Below, one piece after another: positions 37,116 through 50,145 of a stretch of 64,000 bases of DNA. The position numbers and the translations under genes are program-made. Below the pieces are notes generated by a model. That model was given only the letters and a program-made list of their open reading frames with translations, did no database searches and was not told the origin of the DNA. How positions within the stretch are numbered: position 1 is the first letter of the stretch; the number at the start of each line of letters is the position of its first letter. The DNA is from Tubiluchus corallicola (Eukaryota; Animalia; Priapulida), in NCBI GenBank assembly GCA_030141605.1, contig JAQGDQ010000745.1:1-64000 (forward strand), read 5' to 3'.

Positions 37116-37595
37116 TATAGGTTTTACATGTCAAATGTAGACCTGCGTTAACTCAAATGTAGATTTAGGTAGTTCAAATGTGTCTTGGTAACTCAAACGT
37201 AGACTTAGGTAGTTCAAATGTGTTAACAATAGTTTTCAAGAAATCTTAAGCGTTTTTGGTAAGTCAAATGTGACATTGGAATCTCAAATGTGGATAGGTG
37301 TTAAAGTTTAAGGATGTTAAATTTAATCTTTTTTAATTTCAATTTAATAATTGCTCCTAAGTTAAAATAACAACATTATGGGCATACCAATAGATGCACT
37401 ATCTTTGGATTATCTTTTTCTAATTTGCACTTAAATAACTCAATTACTGATTTATTCAAAGTAATGCATCTACATTTGACTTACCTAAGTCACATTTGAG
37501 TTACCAAAACACATTCGAAATTCCTATGTCTACATTTGACTTACCTAAGTCACATTTGAACTTTCCTGTGTCAACATTTGACGTGTAAAACCTAT
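37116..37595. mobile_element. MITE with long imperfect TIRs and TCAAATGT subrepeats
   Basis: TATAGGTTTTACATGTCAAATGT ... ACATTTGACGTGTAAAACCTATA. Confidence 0.65.
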
Positions 37596-38141
37596 ATTGT
37601 ATCATTATAATATTATAATTAGAGCAACAATACAATACGAAACAAAATAAGACACTATTCGCAGTACAGGAGATGTTTTTATAACTTTTCTCATTTAGCT
37701 TGGTATCACTCACATGGATACAATTTACACCACACACAATAACAATAACCTATTTAAATATTTGCAGACTTACAATACTTTTTACAACAGTACTGTACAG
37801 CTGGAATGTTAATTAAAAATAACCTAACAAATATTAACTATAAGCTTTATACATAGCAAACCTTTACAGTTACTATCACACCATAAGAGCACACTCGTGC
37901 CTCGGTTTGCCGAACCTCGCTTTCACGGATATCGGAAGACTCGGACAAAATCTGGAACGCTAAGAAGTCCCGCATACTAAGGACAGTCCGCTGTTTTGCC
38001 AGCTGACCGTTAGCTAGCGGGCTGTCACTTTGCTTACATATTGTATCAGTGTAACCAAGCAACGTGTAACTACTGTACTTAGCACGCATGATTGCTCCTA
38101 CTATGTATATTATAGTACACACCAAAAAAGAGGTATAAATG

Positions 38142-38197
<56 letters not shown>

Positions 38198-38205
38198 TAC
38201 ATATA

Positions 38206-38397
38206 CAGCCGACCCTCGTTAAACCGGACCCCATTAGCCCAGATATCGGATAAGACGGACGTCATCCGTGGTAAAGGAAATTGACCGATTTCAAAGTTCC
38301 GGCTCGGTCAGAAATCGGTCAGTTTCCTTTACCACGAATGACGTCCGTCTTATCCGATATCCGGGCTAAGAGGGTCCGGTTTAACGACGGTCGACTG
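38206..38397. mobile_element. Tc1/mariner (pogo-like) foldback MITE
   Basis: TA-CAGCCGACCCTCGTTAAACCGGACCC ... GGGTCCGGTTTAACGACGGTCGACTG-TA; almost entirely palindromic and inserted in (TA)n. Confidence 0.8.
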
Positions 38398-39168
38398 TAT
38401 CTATACATATATATATATATATACATATTTGAGTCAAATGCTGACAGTTTACTAGCGCCCATACTAGACATTCTAGAGCCCATACTAGACATTTTTGAGA
38501 CAATTGGGCGACTGATTCTACATTACTGTGAGTCTAATACACGGCACCTACTGTATTAGCTTAGTATCGATAAGCACAGACAATTGGTGAATTCGGACCG
38601 ACATCTCCCCGCTTCTGTCCAACAAACCGAGATATGAGCGTACTATCAAACAAGCTGATTTATTCTAATGATATGATGCTGCCGATCAGCATCCTATGTT
38701 TTCCTGCTCTCCCTATGTGATAAAGATGGTGAAAGATGCTAGAAATGATGCGAGAGAAACATCTGCAACACACAAAATTTGAAGCACTGAATGCCGGATG
38801 CTGCACTGTCAGAGCAAAAACGGCTGCAGAGTCATCTTTTCCACGGCGTTTTCCGTTCAAGTGCAGTAACTTTGACATCTGGAACTGCAGGTCAAATGGC
38901 TAAGTAATAAGAAACCAGAAACAAGTCTTTGCTTACAAATTGCTAGAAAACAGTCCAGGGGTTTGCAGTACAACCAAATTTTATAGCATCACAATCTTTT
39001 TGCATTGTTTTGTGGCGTGTCATAGCAACCAATCCCTCGCCTATTCCAGCGCACATGCATTAATGTACAAGTAACCCCTATGCAGCATTGTTAAACAACA
39101 TCGAAATCTCCATGGCTATAGAGCTATAGACGAGCTATAGAGCACGTGTAACTGCAATTTTTGCTCAT

Positions 39169-41472
39169 TCATTGTTTAGCAATCACTAAATCAGTATCAC
39201 TGCTGCCACCTTTCAGTGGAAACATCAAAACTTTCGACTGCATAAAAGAAAGATCCGGTAACCGGTCCAGTATTTTTATGGCTTCGGTGCTTAAGTTGCT
39301 TCTGTCGCCTTTTTTCTCCCGCGGAACGGTTGACCGACTGCTCGCTAGTAACCTCGCTATCGGATGAGTAGGCGAACACGGCAACTGTTTAGTGGGAGAC
39401 TCCGACGAAGACGGGCTTGCTAGCTCCAATATGTCAGCATCCAGGTCACGTCCACTTGATCCACTGGAGCTCATCTTGTCCGCGAAGAAATCCAGATCCA
39501 ACAATGCAGATCCGCCGTCCGACAACGGATTTGTCAAACCGCTCGACACCCAATCAAATTCGGCTGCGGGGAGGTTTTCGGGAGACAGGTGGTGCTCCGC
39601 CTGAGCTGATTCGCCATTGGTTGTTGCAGGTTTGGCATCTGTATCCAGAACTTTGATTGGTTCTAACAAGCCGAGATGAGAGGCAAACACGGGCATCATT
39701 GGCTGCTTTTTTGATATAATATTCCTAGTATCGACGCCAAGAGATTTCATTAACAAGCGATTGTTTGTAGACTCGCTCCACTGATATGACAATGCTACTG
39801 TACCTTCAATGTCCTTCAAGCTGTCCCACACTGACGCACCTGCACTAAAATTGCTACTATCATCCTCAGAAGAACTGTCCTCAGGAGGTTTAGCTTCTTT
39901 TAACGTTGCCGGCAAAAGTATTAATGAGTTTCTCGGGTTAAGGTTCCCCGGTTCACTCGGGAAAGCACCGAGCACCAACCTCTGCAAATTCGACTCGGGA
40001 TCGCCTTGATCGGTTGTTCTTTCGTGATCCAACGGAGGAGGTAAATCGTGCCTCTGAGAATCGTTGTATTCGCTTGGCGTAATATTGCCAGCACTATCAA
40101 AATCAGCAAAACCGCAGTCGAATCTAGCCTCAACCGATGCAGCCTCCCAACCTACAGCAGCTGTTTCCCAACCTACTGTAGTCGTGCTCGCAGAAGAACC
40201 GCCGTCAACGGGAACAGCCGACGAGAAATCAGCAAAATCGTCATATTCGTCTAAAGGGTCTACAGATCCTGGAATGTCAGAAGACATTTCTTCGTCAGTT
40301 GCCATAACCGTGTTTGGTAGTGGCAGATCCAAGTCAGAAATGTCACTTACTTGAGCATCGGTAGGAGCAGCCGATGAGAAGTCTGCAAAGTCATCACCGT
40401 CTTTGTCGACGACTTGGTGAGTGGGAATGTCAACTTCCACCCCTTCTATCATAGAAGAAGCCAACGCCATAGATGAGGAATGAGAAAAATCGTCAGTTTC
40501 AATGTGAAAATCTGACGGCTTTACTAAGTCTAGATCCTCATTATAATGCTCTGGAACGGAGCTCAGTTTTGGTAGATCATACCCTGATGGGTCAGCTTCT
40601 GGATCAAATGATGGAGCAGAACCGAAACGGTCAAAATCGTTATCAGCATCGCCTTCAAGATGCACCTCGGTATTGGCGTCGTTGATAAGCTCATCAGTTT
40701 GTGTCTTGGAATTGTCCGAGTCAGAATACGAGACGACTGAAACATTTGGAGGAGGATGCTCATCACAATCACTAGCATCTATGTCAGTTTCTAGGTATGA
40801 GTGGATAGACTTCCACGTTTTATCTTCTATTGGACCATCAAGTAATTCGTCAGCGGGGTCAGCCCGAAATCTTTCTCTGGAACTAAGAACAGGTGAATTG
40901 TTATCTATTTCATTTTTATAACTCTGATCGGCCAGATCTGCTACCTTCGCATCTTGCCTTTGCTCTGTCAAATGGCGTTCAGACGAGTCGGAAACAATAT
41001 AAAGCCCAACTGGCTTACTCATGTGCTGAGCAGAACTCGCATCAGCCTCAATGGCAGAGCTCGTTTGATCAACTACTTTATCAGTAACTTTATCAAAAGT
41101 TTCAGAAATGTCATCATACTCGAGCCTGCCTGTATCTGTAGGCTGCTCAAACTCAACGGGAGTATCAGTGAACAGGGTTGGGTCAGAGAAATGACCAACA
41201 GACGTGTCAGCAACCTTTGACGGCGAGTACCCAGCAAATACCGTGTGATCTAATGGCGGCGGCGAAAAACCTTTCCAACTTTCCTCATCGGACTTATCAA
41301 AAGATTCCGAAAGGTCTTGGGTACAATGAGGAGTAGATTCCTCGCTTCTCGTATGACCTGCCCTTTGTTCTTCTACAAAAGAATGGTCGTACTCTTTTCC
41401 AGACTTCGAACCTTGTGCGTCTTCACATGTCTTGAACTCGGCAAAGTCTCCGAAGTCGTCGTCGTCATCCAT
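39169..41472 (-). CDS. AFTPH: Aftiphilin (AP-1/clathrin accessory protein), intronless CDS, 767 aa
   Basis: N-terminal DDDFGDF and repeated FADF gamma-ear-type motifs; PPPLD motifs; clathrin-binding region [20 protein letters not shown]...LGVDTRNI; LLDLD clathrin box; C-terminal LPDLSFMxxKVLMFP. In-frame TAA just upstream of the ATG. Confidence 0.9.
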   Translation of the reverse strand: MDDDDDFGDFAEFKTCEDAQGSKSGKEYDHSFVEEQRAGHTRSEESTPHCTQDLSESFDKSDEESWKGFSPPPLDHTVFAGYSPSKVADTSVGHFSDPTLFTDTPVEFEQPTDTGRLEYDDISETFDKVTDKVVDQTSSAIEADASSAQHMSKPVGLYIVSDSSERHLTEQRQDAKVADLADQSYKNEIDNNSPVLSSRERFRADPADELLDGPIEDKTWKSIHSYLETDIDASDCDEHPPPNVSVVSYSDSDNSKTQTDELINDANTEVHLEGDADNDFDRFGSAPSFDPEADPSGYDLPKLSSVPEHYNEDLDLVKPSDFHIETDDFSHSSSMALASSMIEGVEVDIPTHQVVDKDGDDFADFSSAAPTDAQVSDISDLDLPLPNTVMATDEEMSSDIPGSVDPLDEYDDFADFSSAVPVDGGSSASTTTVGWETAAVGWEAASVEARFDCGFADFDSAGNITPSEYNDSQRHDLPPPLDHERTTDQGDPESNLQRLVLGAFPSEPGNLNPRNSLILLPATLKEAKPPEDSSSEDDSSNFSAGASVWDSLKDIEGTVALSYQWSESTNNRLLMKSLGVDTRNIISKKQPMMPVFASHLGLLEPIKVLDTDAKPATTNGESAQAEHHLSPENLPAAEFDWVSSGLTNPLSDGGSALLDLDFFADKMSSSGSSGRDLDADILELASPSSSESPTKQLPCSPTHPIARLLASSRSTVPREKKGDRSNLSTEAIKILDRLPDLSFMQSKVLMFPLKGGSSDTDLVIAKQ

Positions 41473-41673
41473 GGTGATGTGTGGTCCCAGGTGTTAATTA
41501 ATCACAGCGTGCACTATCTGTATGGATTGTCGGTTCTCTGCATCTTGGCCATGACAACTAAAAGTGTAATAGCGTAGATATAATTACTAGAGTCAGTGCC
41601 AGCACCTGTGTTTGAGGGATAACAACAATTATTTTAACAATTTGTTATTTCGATTGTTTGGTTAGGGTTAAGG

Positions 41674-42158
41674 CAGGGGTGTGCAAATTATCTGACTAGC
41701 CGGGCCACATTAAACTTACCCGCAATTCCTGCGGGCTACGGGCAGTTTGATCAAGGAGCCAAGTGCAGAAAGGCCTAATGTCGATTTTTTTTTTGCATCC
41801 GACCTGCGTACATCATTACTACTACACTCAAGAAACTATTTTAGAAGTTACTAAAATTTATATTACGAATCATATATTTCTACTTTCAGGACAGATAGTG
41901 GTAATTTCATTACAATGCATATTAGTAATGTGTATCACACAGTCTGTGTAGTACAGTGACATTAAGCTACAACTGTCTTGTAAGGGTTAATGGCATCCGA
42001 TCTAGTAGAAAAAACTACCCACACTATCTTTGGGATCGTGGCACGGACTTCAGCTGGATACACTCAATTAATCGCCCGGGCCGCACTTTCATTAGGTTGA
42101 CAAATCTCTTCGCGGGCCGCACAAATTCTCTCGGCGGGCCGCAATTTGCACACCCCTG
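41674..42158. mobile_element. Non-autonomous hAT element, family A
   Basis: Same TIRs and body; TSD GGTTAAGG/GGTTAGGG (7/8). Confidence 0.85.
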
Positions 42159-43830
42159 GGTTAGGGTTTTCAAAGTTACTACTACACAGGTGGTCATTTT
42201 TTTATACGAGAAAGTCCCATGGACTGCCAAACGTGCAAACTTCCATCGAAACGGTACCCATCTGATGTGGTTTTGTAAGCAAAAAGTGTTTGGTAAATTG
42301 AGAAAAAATGTTATGGCCCTACTGTGAACCAATGTCAGGAGCAGTGGCAGCTCATGCATAGGCACTGTGGAACTGCAGCACCCCCTATTTTCACACAATA
42401 TTATTGATAATAATCAATAGATCTGTCTTCTTTAGTTCTTTCTCTGTACTTGTACGGAGGGGGTAGTAATGAATGCTTCATATCCCAGCACATGCCTGAA
42501 CCCAGGTAGAAAAAGTACTGTCGCTCATACAGTTTGCCGTCAGTTGTCACGTGCTTATCGTGAATGCATCAAGCTTGAACTGCGATAACTTAGACTATTA
42601 GTGAGCAAAAAAATTTTTTGTATAGGATTTTATCAAGTTTATGAATAAACTTTCATATGTTTGTTTGTTTAAAATTACAATTACAAAATTAAGATGACAC
42701 CTGTTTGTTTCATTTTACACAGTATTAAAACAATGGCTACAAATTTTGAAGCAGTACCCCAGTAATCTTAGCTACAAGCCGCCACTGTTAATGAAGCCAA
42801 ATGAAACTCGTTCCTATCGACACACTTTTTGGACAATAAACAGCTTGACAAAAGCAGCTTTAGCAGTCAATAAACACAATGGAGGGAATGCAAAAGAGGT
42901 GATCAAAAAGTAGAACTGATGCTTCTTCTTTGTTTTTAGTGGTGCCAAATTGTGATTTAGCCTCAGAGTGGAGCGCGGGAGGGGGGGTGTACAAATGATA
43001 GGCGTCATTTCAAATTCTGCTATAGAAAAAGGGGGGATAGCTAGTCGATAATAAACTTAGTTTGCAAAATCTGCTAATCAAAACTAGTTTTCTTTACTTA
43101 AAAAATAGTACACACAACGTTTCTTTGCTGCAGTTTAAGCCTTTCTTTAGTCCTTGAAAACATACGCAGCGACAAATCTTAGTAACTGTGAGTCTTACTG
43201 ATAAGCAAGAAAGTAAAATCTTGTTTCAAGTGAATTAAAAGGTTTATATTACAGTTACGAGAAATTACTGCCATTTTAGTGTACATGAGTGCACCTGAAA
43301 TTGTGAGTATGTTTAACAAAAATATTTGACATTGTACGTAATGCTGGCACCAGGGCTGAGTCGGTTAGGCTTTTCAACTACCATTTTTAACGTTATTAAT
43401 TGGGGTTGGTTAATTGCTTAACCATTACCAATAACGTCATGCATATAGCATAATATCGAATACTGCCGTTTTTATTTCTCGACTGTTATGGTGTCAATAC
43501 ACACCTGCTGCGTGGCAGATAAGTAACTGTATTCAACTCCATTTTGAGAAGTTAATGTAACAGAGTTGCAGCAAGCAAAAATTAATCTCCTTGTAGAATT
43601 TTCTTTGAAAAATATCGAAATACTAACCGCATACATTTTAGTTAAATATATTTGTATTTCGTCTGTTTTCTTTCGCATTTTCATTTTTTTTTCAAATTAA
43701 TAGTTGACTCATTCTTTGCATGTCTAAGTGGTGTAGTTCAAATCTTGCACGCACCAGCAAGAATGTCAAACAAGGAGGCATCCTCGTAACATACGCAAGC
43801 GAAAAACTTTTTGTAATTCACCATTTAGAT

Positions 43831-44330
43831 CAGGGGTGTGCAAATTATCTGACTAGCCGGGCCACATTAAACTTTCCCACAATTCCTGCGGGCCACAGGC
43901 AGTTTGATCAAGGAGCCAAGTACAGAAAGCCCTAGTAACGATTTTTTTGCATCCAACCTGCGTACATCATTATTACTGCACTCAAGAAACTATTTCAGAA
44001 GTTGTTAAAATTTATATTACAAACCATATATTTCTACTATCAGGACAGATAGTGGTAATTTCATTACAATGCATATTAGTAATGTGTATCACACAGTCTG
44101 TGTAGTACAGTGTTATTAAGCTACAACCATCTTGTAAGGGTTAATGGCATCCGATCTAGTAGAAAAAACTACCCGCAATATCTTTGGGATCGTGGCACGG
44201 ACTTCAATTGGATACACTAAATTAATCGCCTGGGCCGCACTTTCACTAGGTTGACAAATCTCTTCGCGGGCCGCACAAATTCTCTCGACGGGCCGCAAGT
44301 GGCCCGTGGGCCGCAATTTGCACATCCCTG
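43831..44330. mobile_element. Non-autonomous hAT element, family A (500 bp)
   Basis: TIRs CAGGGGTGTGCAAATT / AATTTGCACATCCCTG; perfect 8-bp TSD ATTTAGAT. Confidence 0.88.
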
Positions 44331-46625
44331 ATTTAGATGGTTCTTAGGCAACTAGATTAATTGAAACAATGTTGCAAATGGTACAATTTTATGTGAGCAA
44401 GACATTGCTAACTACATACTTGCAACTCAGAAAGGAAATTTGGTGGAAATGGCAATTTTGGGAAACTGGACCATGGTGGCCATGACCAAATCAAAATCTG
44501 TCAGTGTATGTGTAAAGTCCCGAGTCAGGAAAAAGCAGAAACAAGTCATAATAAAACCCCCTCTATATAGCAGAGTCGATACATGAATGATTGGCATAAA
44601 AGCTAGTAACCACCTGGGTATAATATTGGCTATGAGCCGTTTTACTAAGCATACTGCTACTGCTCATTTACTTCATACAGAAATGAGTGTGCATTCGGCT
44701 TCTTGCAGTGCTTCAAAGTACAAAAAACAATTTTTGACTCTATAATTAATGTAAATCTTTTTTTATTGTGAGAAGGTGACTGCACGTGGCTAAGACAACT
44801 ACGAAATTCTAGTACTAGCTGGTCTAGGTAGGAATTCGAACGGCAAATCAATATTTCCGTCACAGAGGTTATACTAATAGCGAGTGCAGTGCAATTTGAG
44901 TTAGCAAAAACTTTGGAATGCCAAAGACGTGCTCAGAGATGATATGAAAAAGAAAAACAGTTGACTCTGTAAAGTAAAAGTAAAAAACGCCAATTTCTAG
45001 TAATAGGCCAAAACGGTTTACAAATTTAAGAATCCTGTTGATTTTCACTGGTTTCCCTAAGTACTGTTGTTATAATCCTAGTAGCGTAATAATAATTAGT
45101 ACCTATCGTTTGCCGTGGCCTTACGTCCAAAGTAAAAAATACAAGATGTCAAAAATTCATTACATTTTCGGACTAAATCCACAAACTAAGCAAATTGTGC
45201 AAATTAAACTGCGGAAATCTTTGAAACCCAATCTGCTCGCGTCTTCGCGCAAGCTTTCTGTTTTCTTTTGTTTTTTTATGGAACCGTTCAATTCATCTGA
45301 ATCTGATAATTACAGTGCGTTAAAATTTGCCCAAAATAAAATATCACAAAACTACAGTGCACACGAAACAGATTTGTTCATTTTTAATAATGACAACGAT
45401 GGCAGATCTATAAAGAGCAATCATGAAACATTGGTATAATAATGTATATCACAATTTTGCTGTAATAGTAGAAAATTAGGAATACTGATGCGAATCTCTA
45501 CATTAAGGCAAGTGACATCAGCTGTTGCCAGTTACCATAGCCTCCGGCGAACTTTGGGGCTTAACTGAAATCTCCACAAGGCACCCCAATAACCAAGATG
45601 ATGGCTAGCTGTTTAAAGGCTGTAGTATTGCAATATTGCCAGCTGACATCCTTAAGGACTGGTTTCAGTTTGGAAGCCCAGTAATTTCTCGCTGACACTT
45701 GCCTTAATGCGCATAACAGCAAGTCCAACTATAATTATTTTAACTACTTCGGCACCATGTGGCCAATCCAGTTAATCACAGAAACCTGGTGAAACTTGGT
45801 AACAGCTGAGCATAGAAATAATAATTGGTTTCTGAAAAAACAACTCTCATAAATTAAAATGATAACCAATAACAAAATATGTAATCTCAAATAACTTCGA
45901 GACTTCAAATTCGTAATCCAATTATAATAAAGGTTATTGAAATTTCAAATTGCCTGAAAAAATCCAGTGAAGTAGATTGGACTAGACTACACATAATTTG
46001 TTCACATAAAACTTCCTTTTAGTCTTTGTTAATTCTTCTTCATGAATTTCTTATCTGACTGATGGCACTTTGCCTGGTATTATAATGCATTCTAGCCATA
46101 ATGGTAAAACTCTATTGTCTTTCCGTAATCACATAGGAAAATGATTATTAAAATACTTCTTACACTACAGTGAACATACCAAAGATATTATAACACTCTG
46201 ACAACAGTGCCGACAACAACAGCAACATGGCAACAGCAGCAGCTGGTGCTTCCTATCAAGATCCCAACAATTTTATTATGCACTGCCCACTTTACCAACA
46301 AATCCGCCGAACCTAGTATATCTATCCTATAAATGAACTTTCTCGGAATAATATCCAAATACTACTATGTGGTGATATCTCACTTTTTCTTGATTCTAAC
46401 AATGCTATAGTATCCGCTAGCAGCCTAGCATTTCCTTTATTATACATTATGCGCAGTTTAATTAGATCTAAAATTAAATCTATGGTTCATTAAAATCTCT
46501 GAATTCTAACTTACAGTGCAAATTCTTTACTCTCGCGTTCCCGTCACTCCAACACTTTCATCTTTCTTTTATTGGCTTCATTATCACTCATTCTCTTTTT
46601 GTAGCTTAACATCAACACCAAGCAC

Positions 46626-47042
46626 TAGGGGTGAGCATCGAACGTTCGAGTTCGAACATTCGAATCGAATTCGAATGCTCGAATTCGATTCGAACGAGTT
46701 TTTTTAGTTCGAACTCGATTCGAATCCAAAACTATAGATGAGAATAATTCAGCACTTCAATCACATATGTTCCTGATCATTAAAATGATTGAAACATCAT
46801 GCAATTAGCATAATTTAGCTGTGATTTCTGCACACAACTTTAAACAAATTACTAGTCATTTTATTGCAGAGCAAAATCGAGTGATATGCTTGATCTTTGT
46901 ACGACTAATTTTTACTGGTGGTTCGAAAATCGTTCAGTCTCAATTCGAATTCGAAACACTGAACTTCGGTTCGATTAGAATTCGAAAGTCACAAATTCGG
47001 TTCGATTCGAATTCGCTTTCTGGTAGAGAATGCTCACCCCTG
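46626..47042. mobile_element. Non-autonomous hAT element, family B (TTCGAA-rich subtermini)
   Basis: TIRs TAGGGGTGAGCAT / ATGCTCACCCCTG; perfect 8-bp TSD CCAAGCAC. Confidence 0.85.
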
Positions 47043-47139
47043 CCAAGCACATCATTACCAACTTTTGCACACCCGCTATTCAAAAAGAAGTTGCATAACT
47101 TTCTCATTCCCGCTTTGTTTAATGCATAACTAACAGTTC

Positions 47140-47470
47140 TTGTAATCGTGAACCCAACTTATGACGCATCTACTTGCGAAGAGTTATCAAGGACGTTTGG
47201 GTTAAAGAAATTACTTCCGAGTACAGCCAAATCCTAATTTCCAGTATGCCTCTTAGAATGAAGGCAGTGATTGAAAACTTCGGCGGCCATACAAAGTACT
47301 AAATTGTTCAAGGACTGTGACTATTTTTGGATAAAAACATACAAACTATGCTGTGGTATATTTATCTAGAAGAAAGAATTAATAGTTTTTAGATGGAACC
47401 GTGATAAACGATGGTTTTGTCAATTTTCATGAAAAAAATCACATTGGTCTTAAACTTTTGCAAATGATTG
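47140..47470 (+). mobile_element. Tc1 transposase C-terminal relic with right end
   Basis: VIKDVWVKEI...LISSMPLRMKAVIENFGGHTKY* is the conserved Tc1 C-terminus; followed by a TIR-like AAACTTTTGCAAATGATTG-TA. Confidence 0.7.
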
Positions 47471-47496
47471 TACTTGCTGAAGAATAGCTTTTATAT

Positions 47497-47884
47497 TAGG
47501 GGTGAGTATCGAACGTTCGAATCGAATTCGATTCGAACGAGTTTTTTTTAGTTCGAACTCGATTCGAATCCAAAACTATAGATTCGAATAATTCAGCACT
47601 TCAATCACACTTGTTCTTTATCATTAAAACGATTGAAACATCATGCAATTAGCATAATTTAGCTGTGATTTCTGCACACAATTTTAAAGAAATTACTAGT
47701 CGTTTTATTGCAGAACAAAATCTAGTGATATGCATGATCTTTGTAAGACTAATTTTTGCTGGTGGTTCGAAAATGTTTCGATCTCAATTCGAATTCGAAA
47801 CACTGAAGTTCGGTTCGATTCGAATTCGAGTCACAAATTCGGTTCGATTCGAATTCGCTTTCCGGTAGAGAATGCTCACCCCTA
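47497..47884. mobile_element. Non-autonomous hAT element, family B, second copy
   Basis: Same TIRs and body as 46626-47042. Confidence 0.8.
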
Positions 47885-48531
47885 TTTATATAGGTTATAT
47901 CTGTTACCCTATCAGCAATTACCCATTGTTTTTTATGATAAACATATTTATGTTTGTAGTGTTTCTTATCAAATAAAAATATTGTTTTAACTAACAGCAG
48001 CAGTGAGACAACAACAATAAAAGACGAGCAACAATGAATTTCAAATAGAAGCCTCACAATGAAAAAAATACCATATAAGACGGGTAGTATACTTCAGTAG
48101 TATATTGAAAGAAATGCACCAACAAAAACAAATACGTGTATATTACAGTTTATACAGTTTTAAAAATAACAGTGACATTATTCAACGGCCGAGGGCAGGC
48201 AAAAAATAAAATACGCTATTTGTTCTATAAAAATTGTAGTCACAGACTAGATGTTTCCAAAAACAAAAGAACGGCAACTGATCATTACAAAGTACAAACA
48301 CGCTGTAGTTCGTTATTTGCAATTAATTTCTCATGGTTGCTTTCAGTTTTGCCTGTAGAAGGATGCATAATGTTAGGTGACAATTCACAAACTGACAAAA
48401 ACAGGACAAGTGCTTTGCCTGGTTTGAAGAATAACTGTAAAACTACAAAAGTAACCCTAAAATAGTTTTGGAAGGAGTAATGACACAAAATCAATAAGAA
48501 AATATGAAAACTGCCTATCCAGTAACATTAA

Positions 48532-49281
48532 CTCTTTCAGGACCGCACCATTCAAAATAGGTTCTGTAGGGCCCATGACTTTTCTGCTACTGTATGAGCA
48601 CAGACATAACTAAATGACTACAAATTAGGCACTGTTCTATGCGAGAGAAGATTGGTTATCCAACCATGCTATTTGTTTAAACATTTATGAGTGATTTAAT
48701 TGGCTAAGTTTAAGTAAAACACGTCATTTCAGGCACTCCAACTTAGCCTATTGAGTAGCTTGGTCTGGTGTACATTTGCGTGATCGTATACAATATAATT
48801 GATCACCTGCTTGCTCCAGCCCAAGATGTGTAGCTCTGCTGCTATTCCAGGAAAAACTAACCGATCAGCCAATGACAAATTAAGATCGATTCGTCTTTTA
48901 ACAGAAATTTCTCCTTAAAATAGTGTAGATTTGAGGATAAAGTGTAATCCAGGACAAAGTGTAATCCTGACTATCCAGACACAGGTCAGAATCTTTTGTC
49001 TGGATACTTGAATTTTCTGCATTAGCCAATGTCACACAAGTGGATACTGTACATTGTTACAGTGCAAAAATTTCAGTTAAAGAAAGCTTCTTTCAACTTA
49101 TTCATCAAAAATCGATTTTTAATTTGTCTAAGATAAGCAAATGCATTTCATGGATGAAAATTCATTGTGTGAGGAGTAGAAACCTAGAAAAAGCATCACA
49201 TATAATGTAATCGCTGCTTAGTGAGAGCACTTTTTCATGAAGCCATGCAAAATGCAGCAAACGCTTACGGTGCTGAAGGAG
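48532..49281. mobile_element. piggyBac-like non-autonomous element
   Basis: TTAA-CTCTTTCAGGACCG ... CGGTGCTGAAGGAG-TTAA. Confidence 0.6.
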
Positions 49282-49387
49282 TTAACATACACAGTCAATT
49301 ATAATTACATTAACAAGCATTTAATTGGATGTAATTAATGAATAAAAAATGTTTGACTTTTTGCAAGTGATCAGTCAACATAGAATA

Positions 49388-49735
49388 AGCCACAGCTGGG
49401 GAGATCTGGCTGGTCATCGTCACCTAGTATAGCCACAGCTGGCGGAGATCTGGCTGGTAATCGTCACCTAGTATAGCCACAGCTGGCAGAGATCTGGCTG
49501 GTCATCGTGACCTAGTATAGCCACAGCTGGTGGAGATCTGGCTGGTCATTGTGACCTAGTATAGCCACAGCTGGCGGAGATCTGGCTGGTCATTGTGACC
49601 TAGTATAGCCACAGCTGGCGGAGATCTGGCTGGTGATCGTGACCTAGTATAGCCACAGCTGGCGGAGATCTGGCTGGTCATCGTGACCTAATATAGCCAC
49701 AGCTGGCGGAGATCTGACTGGTCATTGTGACCTAG
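49388..49735. repeat. 44-bp minisatellite, 8 copies
   Basis: Unit AGCCACAGCTGGCGGAGATCTGGCTGGTCATCGTGACCTAGTAT. Confidence 0.92.
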
Positions 49736-50145
49736 AAGCTGCTAATCTAATAAGATGAATAGACACTAAACAGTGATGCAAGACTAACAATAAAAGCAGT
49801 GAAATATCGAATATCATAAAAAACTGTAAGCTTTTGTTTGTATGTTTTTTCTTAATGTGCCGCACACTTTCGTAGTAGAAACTAGACATTCATTTCCACT
49901 TAGCACAGAAAGACTATGAAATACATTTCTGGAGCTTTCAAAACCAGCATTTTAAGTTAAATGATAATTTGTGTGTAATTCCAGCAAGACTTGAAACTGT
50001 CACGCTATACACACGAGTCAATATCAAAAACTAAACTCAACAACCTGCATGGCTGCCACAAATTAATCACAAAAAAAGAATATTCATATCCAACAAAGAC
50101 TGACTAGATTTCTTAAGCATGAAGTACTAATTCTCTGTTGAGCAC

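Noticed and set aside
41660-41673. GGTTAGGGTTA telomere-like motif
   Set aside because: Fewer than three units; it is the target site of the hAT insertion.
46626-47884. TTCGAA clusters as heat-shock elements
   Set aside because: The spacing does not give three alternating nGAAn units; they are better explained as subterminal repeats of a hAT MITE.
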